From Vermamoeba vermiformis (Eukaryota), in contig JBEWZL010000184.1 in assembly GCA_045837725.1 (NCBI GenBank), positions 496,001 through 538,602 on the forward strand: a stretch of 42,602 nt of DNA, read 5' to 3'. Made by a program: the position numbers and the translations under genes. Positions within the stretch are counted from its first letter, which is position 1. Every line of letters starts with the position of its first letter. The notes under the pieces were generated by a model. The model had not been told where the DNA came from, made no database searches, and saw nothing but the letters and a program-made list of their open reading frames with translations. Below are positions 1 through 10,454 of this stretch, in pieces.

Positions 1-23
1 AGGTCGTAAATAATCACCGCGAC

Positions 24-1400
24 ATGATGGCTAGTATTCCCGAAATTTTGGACTACTTCCACAACGAGGGTGGCGCGGTAAGTTGCCTCGATCCAAATTA
101 CGAAATTTCCAGAATTTCAAATAATTAGGCCGCCTAAATATCTTTATGCATTATTTATGCTATTTTCGAGATTAATAGTCGCTCACGAAGTTATTTCTAA
201 TTTTTTTTGCAATTTAGAAACCAGCGCCTTTGCCCCGTTTCGAGCTCCCTCGCAAAGAAGGCGATGACTCGTGCGAGATTAATTCACTGCCCGCTGAAAT
301 CATCAAGGTCATCTTCTCGTTTGTTCCAAACTTGGAAGATATTTTCAACATGTGCTGCGTGTGTCGTCACTGGAACAAGTTGTTGCCAAACGACAACCAC
401 TTCATGCTGTTCTGGAAGAAGATATTCATGAAAACATTCCCTGAGCATCAAGTCGGCGTCAATATGCCTTGGAAGAACTTGTTGCAAACTCGTTTGCGAT
501 TGGAGAAGAATCGTGAGACACGCACCACTCAGATCTGCGAGAACGGTCTCAATGTAAGCACGGGCTATAGTCGCGTTGATATTATAACGGGCTAGTGTAG
601 TACTATATAAGGTATTAATATCAATATGAATGCAGGTTGACCAGTCGTACTTGAGTTTCCAAACATGGAAGGTCAACATTGCTGTTTGGAGTGGCAAGTG
701 GTACTACGAGTTGAAGCTCGGAACAATGACCACTGCACTGCAGATTGGCTGGCTTGGGTTGGGCTGCAAGGCCAAGCCTTTCGTAAGTACTCGCAGTGCA
801 CCCTTCTTTACGGCATCTTTTAACCGACGTGTGAATACAGGGCTGGACCATGACTGGTGTGGGTGACGACGAACACAGCTATTGTTGGGATCCGATCAGA
901 AAAGTGACGTTCTGGAACGAGAAAGAAGAGAAGATGGGCCAAGACACGTCACCCTGCAAAGAAGGCGACGTGGTTGGCGTTTGTGTCGATTTGGAGGCCA
1001 AGACCATTTCGTGGTATTACAACGGAGAGAAGGTCGGCACGTACGACGACATCAATGCTGACCTGCCCATTTACGCTGGCTTCACTGTGTACCCTCAAGA
1101 GGGCGCGACGGTGAAAGTAGCCGTCAAGACCGCTGACTTTGCGTAAGTCCAATACTTTTGGTTAATATTCTTAGGCTCACATTTGGATCTAGATACCCTG
1201 TGCCTGCCGGTTACAAGCCACTCGGCGAGGGCATTCATGATCAAGCGATTTTGGTCGAGTCCATTGTCAACAGAATCAGCTACGAGCAGTACTTTGGCCG
1301 CACTGAGCACATCCCCGCACAGCTCATAGAACGGCGCCAGAATTGGGACCTTTCTTCGTTCTCGGATGAACGTGCGATGAATTCTATTTTAAGTCAATAA
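24..1400 (+). CDS. F-box + SPRY domain protein (multi-exon)
   Basis: ATG 24; exon 1 ends at GTAAGT (78) and the acceptor at 217 is in frame with ORF 230. F-box-like INSLPAEIIKVIFSFV..IFNMCCVCRHWNKL. SPRY-like GKWYYELKL..LQIGW..GVGDDEHSY..GDVVGVCVDL..ISWYYNGE. Stop TAA 1400. Confidence 0.85.
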
Positions 1401-1593
1401 ATAGCCAGGCCTAGTAAGTTTCATTAGAAAATTGGTGCACATGGGCCACGTGCTCGTTGTGAATGTTTGGTTCCGTTGTTCCTCGTCAAAAATCAAATCT
1501 TATTTCAAATTTTAATTATTTTGATCAAGCGACAAGAAATTCATGATAGGTATGTTTCAGATCCACATTTTTTGAAGTGGTTCTAACACTTAG

Positions 1594-2918
1594 ATGTCAC
1601 AGAAGGATTGTCTCATGGAGGTTAATGAATCATATCAGAATCCGCTTTGTGTGCCAGAACTGATCGAATCCATAAGTTTTTACCTTCCGGCCCTGTTTAA
1701 TTTGGCTTCTGCTTCAAAATTGTACGTAAGATCAACATTAGTTTATGTCTTTTTCGCTGTTAAAATTGAAAAACAATTCAACCGGTTTTGTTTTGACAGA
1801 TCGAGATCCGTACTTTACCAAATATGACGAACCATATTGCATACTTAGTTTAATTATAGGCATAATCGCATTATACACTCGGCCAGCGTTTGGATCAGAA
1901 ACGGATTCAGAAAGGACTTAATCCTGCACAATAATCAGACTGACGACGTAGAGTGGCAAAAAAATATCAGAAATACTAGGAAAGCGACTTATCATCAAAC
2001 AACAGCGGCAGCTAGAGGTGCTTGAAATGGAATTTGGATCCGTTGTGTTAGTACTTCCTATATTCTACTGCTCAGTATTGATTTAAATACCTTCCTTAGA
2101 AAAGATATTGATTATGTCAATTTATATCCCTCTGTCAAGCTTAATAAGGAAGCGGGAGAAGCTTTGGCTCAGATCTGCGGCTACGCGTACAGCTTTCTAA
2201 CCGTTCATGAACTAGTAGATATTATTCGAATGACTAAAGACCAATTAAAAAGATGTAAGTATGAAAAAGCAATACTAAATATTTACAAGCTAAGAGCATT
2301 CGGTTGCAGATCCAGCGCTGAATTCTCTCAAAAGACGGAGGGAAGTTACCCTTAGCACTATGGATGGAGGAGGTTGGGATAAAAGAAAAGAGGAGCTTAC
2401 GGTCAATTGCACGATTAAAAGACCGTATGGCAAAACGAAATCAGGGTATATTTTCGACATCGCAGTGGGTGCGCCCAATAGTTGGTTTATGGAAGGACAT
2501 GTTTACAAAAATTTCAGCCAAAGTGGCAGAAAATCGATGACGTTTATTAATACAAATGCAGAGTACAGTGACGACGACAGATACGGCTTACACAGACATT
2601 TGTACTTCTTCATCGTAAGTCTAGATCCACTTCAAAAGCTATAACTGACAACATCTATAGTTCAATCATAGTGCTGATACCATCGAATTGTGCGGAGATT
2701 TGGCGGACTATATGGATGCCAACAAATTGAGCTATGCGAAGGCTGAAAAAAAGCTTCAGAGCCTGTTTGAAGATAATGACGGTGACGCTATAATGGAGGA
2801 TGAAAACAATTTTAAATTTATTCAAATATCGCATTATGATGATGGCTATGGAGCGGGATCAACTGTTTGTGGCAAAAAAGAGCCCCTCATTTTGTACAAC
2901 TTAAAACTTGGAATTTAA
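1594..2918 (+). CDS. Hypothetical protein with N-terminal F-box-like motif (multi-exon)
   Basis: PLCVPELIESISFYLPALFNLASASKL splices (GTACGT..TATAG) to HNRIIHSASVW. ORFs 2164, 2360 and 2688 are separated by GT-AG intron-like segments. No other domain recognised. Confidence 0.6.
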
Positions 2919-3093
2919 GATTAGATTTTGTTTGATTGCGAGTGCTATTTGTGATTATAAAATAAGGCTGCTAAATTTGCCAATAGATGACATTGCCTGT
3001 TTCGGCGTAGCAACAAAAAATCACGTGCGGAGGAAATTCGAACTGGAAAGAGAATGAAGCTTAATATTATTGTAATAACTAACGATAAACAAT

Positions 3094-4309
3094 ATGTCTG
3101 CACAAAAGAAAATCGCTTTCTTGGGTTTAGGTTTAATGGGACTGCCAATGGCGTCACATCTCGGTAAGGAAGCAATTGATCTGGCCTCTCGCCTTCTAAT
3201 AATTTTGAAAATTATTCAGTAAAAGGGGGTCATCACTTGACAGTGTGGAACAGAAGCCAGCCTTCGATAGATCAATTAGTAGAGGAAACAAAAAGTTTTT
3301 CGGGATCTGTCAAAGTCGCCAAGGCTCCCAAGTGCGTCATATCATTCACAGCTCTTCAATTTTACGTGCACCTAATTTTTTTACAAGGGAGGCAGCAGCC
3401 GAAGCGGAGTGCATAATTACAATGTTATTCGATGGCAAAGCGACGTTAGAAGCAGTCCAAGAAATGAATTTGAAGGATAAAACCTTAATAATGATGAGTA
3501 CTATATCATTGAAGGATAGTCAAGGTATTTTTCTCGCGCTTGTCAAAGAAAATTCGGCGATCCGCAACTTAATAATATTTTCTTGAAGACTAATAGCTTC
3601 TTTGTTAGAAATCTGCAAGGTTGCCGAGTCACAGGGTGGAAAATATATTGAAGCGCCTGTATTAGGCAATCGCAAAGTTGCTCAAGACGCGAAATTGCAA
3701 GTTCTCGCTGGCGCCAATGATTCGTCCTTAATTGAGCAGTGGAAGGACGTCCTTTCCTTATTCGGTGTTGTACGTAACCTAGGAGGAGTAGGCAAGGCAA
3801 TGATGACGAAACTTGCCATAAATCAAATGATCGCCGCAAATCTGGTTGCTTGGGCTAAGTAAGAATTCCACTACAGTCAATTTACGAAATACAAACTTGT
3901 TAAATATATGCGCATTAATATATTTTACAGCACCTATGCATTGATCTCCGAAGAAGGAGTCAATGAAGAAGAATTTATGAAAGTGGTAGCAAACGGCCCG
4001 GTCAATCTGCCTTATTACCACGTTTGGGGTCAAAAAATGAAGAGCCATAATTATAAAGAGAAATTATTTTCTGCATATGGCGTTCAGAAAGATGTTGGCC
4101 TTGTTTCTGAGGCCGCTGAAGGTCTCGGGTACGGATCGAGCGTAAAAAAAATTGCTGTTCCGCTCTAAAACTAATTTAAATGTTTTTTATATAGGCTCGA
4201 TACCGGTTTTCTCCAAGGCATGAAGCATATCATCGATAGTGCGGTTGAAAAAGGTCACGGCGATGATGACTTCGCATCCGTTTACGAAGGCGTGTTGAAA
4301 AAACAATAA
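3094..4309 (+). CDS. NAD(P)-dependent beta-hydroxyacid dehydrogenase (3-hydroxyisobutyrate DH / glyoxylate reductase family)
   Basis: MSAQKKIAFLGLGLMGLPMASHL Rossmann motif, VWNR, MSTIS, YIEAPVLG, catalytic-Lys region GKAMMTKLAINQM, KDVGL, and C-terminal GHGDDDFASVYE. Confidence 0.92.
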
Positions 4310-4811
4310 ACACCCGAAAGTCGCCTTTTTTTTTAGACTTAATTGTCTTACACGTGGTTTATTATCCGAATCGGCGCACATAATTGTTGTGTTTTTTTGT
4401 TTTTCTAAAATCTTTCGGAAATTTTCAGGCAACAAAAAGCGGGCAGCAATTTCGTAATTTATTTCAATTAATTCATAGTACAAGGTGCAATAGCTAATGG
4501 AATCGTAAGTTTGATCTTTACAAGGTTTAAAACGCCAAAATTCTAACGTTGCCATCTATTTACTGCAGAAACAAAGATCATTTGCAAGTTCAAAGGTACC
4601 CCAAATACTAATTTATTATTATTTTATTATAAAATCATTAGTTACGTGCAAAACGCAATAACCGTTAGGTTTCTGAAATTAATTTAATAAGTTGATTTTT
4701 GTTGATCCGCGACAGTTCGCTGGCCTGACTTGATAATAATCATGATAAAATAAGCGTAATTTTAACGCATATTTTAGCGACCTTGAAGGACACTCTGCGT
4801 TAAGCACTTCA

Positions 4812-6936
4812 ATGGGATTGCGCATCTCTCCGATGTTCGTGTAAGTACTCATGAAATCATCTTATGTATTATTCGCAAATTACTATAATGCAATTCAATG
4901 CGTATGTTGCGTAATTAGCTTCTTTAGTGAAAATTTTTATTTGTGAAATTTCCGAGTCTTACGAATCCGCAGTGGAGACGATAAAGTCGAGGTGGTCGCT
5001 ACAGTAGTTAGAGATATGAAAGTCAAAAAGAAGAAAGAATAAGAAAAAGAAGAAAAAGAACAAGAAAAAGTCCAAATCCAAGTCAAAGCGCTTGGCACGC
5101 AAACACGTCGTTGTGGCTTCAATTGAGGCCCACGAAGTGCTTGCAAATTCTAAAGCTGATATTTCCACCGACGAGACTAAGGCAGCCAAGCAAAAAGTAT
5201 TCGAAGCAACGAAAGCTGCTGGCGTACAGATCAACTTGATTTCGAATCCGGAAGCGATCGAGACGTTGTTGCAAAAAGAAGCCAAGACTACTACCACCGC
5301 TTTCTATCTCGTTAATTTGGGCACAGTCGTGGATAAATATTTCTTATGGATGAAGCACTTACCTCGTGCTGTTCCTCACTACGGTAAGTTCTTTTTGCAA
5401 ACCCGATCGGTCCGGGATGCGGCTAACATTTATTTTTTAGCCGTTAAATCGAACCCCGATATCAACATTGTACGCACATTGGCTCAGTTAGGCTGTGGCT
5501 TCGATTGCGCGAGCAAATCAGAAATTGAAGAAGTTTTGAGTATTGGTGTCAGCCCGGATCGCATCATTTTTGCCAACCCATGCAAGGGTCCAGGTAAGTC
5601 TACTCTACTATACATAATATATAGCCCAGGACTAATATGAATAAATATAATAGATCACATTAAGTACGCGAAGGACAATGGTGTGGATATGATGACATTC
5701 GACAACCGCGAAGAGATTGAAAAAATTCATCAATTGTTCCCTAATGCGCGCATGGTGCTGCGTATTTTGACCGATGACAGCCACTCGTCGTCACCACTTG
5801 GCACTAAGTTCGGTGCTCCTCCTGATGACTGTCCCAAGTTGATGGCTTTGTGCAAAGAAAAAGGCATTAACCTCGTTGGTATTAGGTTAGTCGTAAACAC
5901 GCCATCACGCACCCAATACTAACATTAGTATAGTTTCCACGTGGGTAGTGGCTGTTACTCCACTGCTGCCTACCAGGACGCGTTGAAACTCGCTCGCAAG
6001 ATGTTTGATTTGGCCGGCGATTACGGCTACAAATTGAAGCTTTTAGACATTGGCGGTGTAAGTACCCGTCAATAGCCGTCGCCTCGCAGATTCTTATCGT
6101 GTTGCAGGGCTGGCCTGGTGTTGAGACAGGTCCTGTCAGCTTCGCGGAGATTGCTACGGAGATCAGACCAACCATTGACGAGTTGTTCCCCAAAGAAGTC
6201 GAAGTCATCTCTGAGCCTGGCCGATACTTCTGCACTGCCTCGTACACACTGGCTGTGAACGTTATTGGTCGTCGAGAACGTTACATCAATCCGCACAACA
6301 CGACCACTATGAAAGCTGTTGATCAGGCCTCCGACGAAGACTCGGACTTGGAGTTGGAAAGTTTTGACGACGAGTCTGACTATGACGCTGACGAGAAGTT
6401 AGCGAAGAACGAACAGGCGTTGTCGCTGGAAAACATTGAGAAGAAGTTGCGAGCCAAGAAAGAGAAGAAATACAACCAAGCTATGAGCCCTAAAATCAGC
6501 GTTGAAAAAGTCGATAAGAAACCTGAACCCGAGGTCCAAGAAAAGCCACAAAAGGAAATCCTGTATTATTTATCCGATGGTATCTACGGCAGTTTCAACA
6601 ATATCGTAAGTGTCACATTGAAAATTTGGACTTTGACACGTGTCACTAACATCGCGTCATTAGATCTTCGACCACGCAGTGCCTCAGCCCCTCAAATTAG
6701 CCACCACTGACATTGAGAACGGTCAAATCGACGAGTCCAAGACGACAAACAAGAGCAGATTGTTCGGCCCTACTTGCGACAGTATTGACGTCATTTGCAA
6801 AGACATTGAGTTGCCTGATCTGCACGTGGGAGATTGGCTCTATTTCATGAACATGGGTGCCTACACCGTGGCTTCGTCGACCAAGTTCAACGGCTTTACT
6901 CCGCCCAACGCGAGATACATCATGACCCTTGAATAA
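4812..6936 (+). CDS. ODC1: Ornithine decarboxylase (fold-type III PLP enzyme); 5' end unresolved, see finding
   Basis: [16 protein letters not shown] (PLP Lys), [61 protein letters not shown] (catalytic Cys), NMGAYT. The main frame is open from 5020 but has no AUG before the conserved core. Confidence 0.93.
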
Positions 6937-7107
6937 ACATAATGTTCAATGCAAGTCTGTTACTCGGTGTGCGGCGTTGCTTAGCGGACTTAACTGCATC
7001 TCCGCGATTTAACTCTGGAAATTTCAGTCTGTAAATTCTTTTAAATCCTTTGTTTTAGTAATTCTTTTAATCTTTGTCAACCACATAAGACCACACCACC
7101 TCAGTTC

Positions 7108-7425
7108 ATGAGCTATTTCAACTTCGGAGTAAATCCGAAGGTCGCTAATATTGCCGGCACCTCTAGCGAAAGATACACCGATTGGCAATCGGACACTTGG
7201 ATCCAAGCATGGAGAAAGAGGACAGGAATAACCAATCCTCCCTGCTCCGTTCTTGGCTGCGGTGCTGCTGGCTCTCACGGAGCGCATGTCCAAATAAAAG
7301 ATGGACGGACTTCGGGAGAATGGGCGATTATTCCAATGTGTCCGTACCATAACAACCCCAACAATTTCGAGCATATGAAAACGAAGAAGGACACTCGTTT
7401 TGTTCTAGTTTCGGACATGCACTAA
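7108..7425 (+). CDS. Small intronless Cys/His protein, HNH-like (His-Me finger-like)
   Basis: 105-aa ATG ORF with pattern NIAGTS..W..AW..C-x4-C..GAHV..W.IIPMCPYHN. Confidence 0.7.
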   Translation: MSYFNFGVNPKVANIAGTSSERYTDWQSDTWIQAWRKRTGITNPPCSVLGCGAAGSHGAHVQIKDGRTSGEWAIIPMCPYHNNPNNFEHMKTKKDTRFVLVSDMH

Positions 7426-7608
7426 AGCAGGTCGAACCTAAATTCAAATTTGTGAATTGCTATCTTTGGAATAATTCGCTAATAAATAATAATTACAGAT
7501 AAATGTTCATACTATTAACTTTCAATTGAAACCTCACTCCAACAACAAGGAGGAAAATCTGCGGTTTTATAAAAATAGCGAGCACCAAAAAGAAAAGCAC
7601 ATCGCCCA

Positions 7609-10377
7609 ATGCTGACTAGACGCCTGATTGGCTTGTGGAGCAAATCTGCAACAAGTAGGCGGCAGACAAGCAATGTTATTGTCAGCAGATCTCTGTTACA
7701 AAGGTCAACTGCAAAAACAAGCTATTTAATACGAAAATATAGTAAAAAAATTGAAGAGGCTCCTAAGCAAGCGATATCACGAATTGAAGAGTTGCGATCT
7801 AATTTAAAAAAGTAAGAATAATTTTTAAAAATCAACAACTGACAGAATATTAAAACAAACTTATTATTTAACATTCAATAGATATTCTCAAGCATATTAT
7901 AATGAATCAAAATCTCTCGTCACGGATCAAGAGTATGACGCGTTGTTCAAAGAGTTACAACAATTAGAAGCTCAGTACCCTGTCTTAAAAACCAAAAATA
8001 CGCCAACTGAATCAGTGGGAGCAAAAGTAATAATATTAACCACTTATTTAGCGTAAAATCTTCTTTGCACTCACGATGAACTCATTCGGATCTGTTGATC
8101 AGGTTAAAGACGGCGTTGTTCATCGACGTCCAATGTTATCATTAAGCAACACATATAATGAAGAAGAAGTCATTAAATTCGACCAACGAATAGCAAAATT
8201 ATTAGAAGGCGAGGTAAGAATTTTGATTGAAAATACCACATCCGAAAATTAATTCTCTGTAGAAATACGAATATACGCTAGAAATGAAATATGATGGTGT
8301 AGCATTGAGCCTTATATACAACAAAGGAAAATTAGTACGAGCATTGACCCGTGGCGACGGAATTAAAGGCGAAGATGTGACCGAAAATGTTAAGCAGTTT
8401 GTCGATCTGCCCAAATCTTTGCAGACAGACCTCGCAAACATCGATATTGATAAGAAAATATTTGCAAAGCAACTTTTAGAGTCAGATTTTGAAATACGAG
8501 GAGAGGTCGTTTTGTCTAAAGAAGTTTTCAAGCGGATCAACGAAGAAGCGGAAAAACTAGGCCGAAGTCAGTTATTTGCAAACCCGCGGAATTTAGCGTC
8601 CGGAATAATTAACAGAAAATCGAGTAACGGCGCTGCAGAATCGAAAACATTGAAATACTATGAACATCACAAACTAAATTTTCACGCCTATTCGTTGCTT
8701 AGCGACGTTAAAGACCGAAGTAAGCTAATTTTATCAATTTTATTATAATACTAACTATATTTTATAGATCAAACTCAATCTGGAAATTTAAAGTTATTAA
8801 AATCGTTCGGATTTAATACGGACGAAAAATCAATGACGACAAATTCCATTGACAAAGTGATTGAATATACACAGCAATTAGAATCACAACGCGCATCATT
8901 GCCATATGAAATCGATGGTGTAGTCGTCAAAGTGAATAGTATCGAACAACAGGAATTCATCGGATCCACTTCGTCAGTACCGAGGTGGGCTATTGCGTAC
9001 AAATTTGACGCGATGAAAGCTGTCACTACTGTCCAAGACATTCAACTGCAAGTAAGTCACCATTACACCAAAATCACTTCGCTTAGTTTCGACATCAATA
9101 TTTTATTTTTATTCGAAATTAAGTATTTTGATTATTTGGAGATATTTCAGTGTATTTATATTAACCTTTGAAATAGGTAGGCAGAACTGGCAAAGTGACG
9201 CCGGTTGCAATTGTAGATCCGGTGCTTTTGTCCGGCATTTCAATCACAAGAGCTACATTGCATAACAGGCAATACATTGAAGAAAAAAACATTCGAATAG
9301 GATCGCAAGTGATTATAGAACGGTCAGCGGATGTTATTCCGAAGATTGTTGGTCGTGCCAGTGACGAAATTTCACCCCATGAAAGTAGGTACTTTGACGT
9401 CCGTTGACAGCATTACTAAATTAGGCATAGGCTCGAGTTTGCCGATAGATTGGCACACTTGCCCTTGTGAATTGAAGCAACCATTGGAAGAACGTGCTGG
9501 TTACGTGGATGTTTTTTGCACGTCGCCGCAATGTCCCGAACAACTCATGAACAGAATTCATTATTTTGCGGGCAAGAACGCGTTGAAAATTGACGGACTG
9601 GGCAAGAAGATTGTGCAACAACTCATCGACTGGAATTATGTGCAGTCTATTCCCGATATTTTTTCATTGCATCAATACCGTGAAGAAATGATTTCGCAGC
9701 CTGGTTGGGGTGAAAAAAGCGTCGATAATTTGCTACAAAATATCGAAAAAGTACCTAAAATGTTATTTTTGCTTTCAAGTCATTCTAACGAAATTTCGCA
9801 GGCGAAGCAAGAAGCTGATTGGCCGTCAATTATTACCGGATTAGGATTGCCGCATGTTGGCTACGAAGCAGCAAAGGCTCTTGCCGCGAAATTTCCCAAC
9901 GCTGAAGCACTGAAACAAGCAACAGCTGAGGAGATCATGGAGATTCAACGATTTGGACCGAACAACGCGCCGGCTATTGAGAATGCGCTAAAATCATCGC
10001 GCGTCGTTGAATTGATTGATAAATTAGCTGCAATTGGATTGGATGGCAAGACCAACAAACCAAATGACAATCAAAACAGTCAAAGTAGCGCGTTGAATTC
10101 TTCGAGTGCAGCTGTCACGAGTGAATGGCACGGCAAAAATTGGGTGTTTTCAGGCGCACTCGACACAATGTCACGTTCAGACGCAGGAAAAAAAGTCGAA
10201 AAGTATCTTGGAGGCACCGTCAAAACTACAGTGAGCAAAGGCTCAGTTCTCGTGACTGGTGCTAAAGCCGCTGAAGGTTCCACGTCAAAAGCTAAAAAAG
10301 CCCTTGAAATCGGAGCTACGGTGTTGAACGAGACTGAATTCTTGGAACTGTTGCGCAAATACGGCGCCGATTTATAA
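7609..10377 (+). CDS. ligA: NAD+-dependent DNA ligase (LigA family) with predicted organellar presequence, about 7 introns
   Basis: Domain Ia YYNESKSLVTDQEYD, HRRPMLSLSN, motif I EMKYDG, TRGDG..GEDVTEN, EIRGEV, FANPRN, YEIDGVVVKV, PRWAIAYKF, VGRTGKVTPVA, RATLHN, DVIPKI, Cys4 Zn finger, HhH (IDGLGKK, GLPHVG) and C-terminal BRCT (VFSGALDTMSR). Confidence 0.96.
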
Positions 10378-10454
10378 ATCATAACTTTGTAATATGCTAA
10401 ACTACATGTTGTACACCCAACTCAAATGCTGTATTTTAACTTTCGTTAGGAGGT

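Noticed and set aside
4812-6936. Antizyme inhibitor (inactive ODC) or antizyme
   Set aside because: The PLP Lys and catalytic Cys motifs are intact, and no antizyme-like sequence was seen.
7609-10377. Bacterial contamination as the source of ligA
   Set aside because: The gene has multiple spliceosomal introns of the same style as its neighbours.
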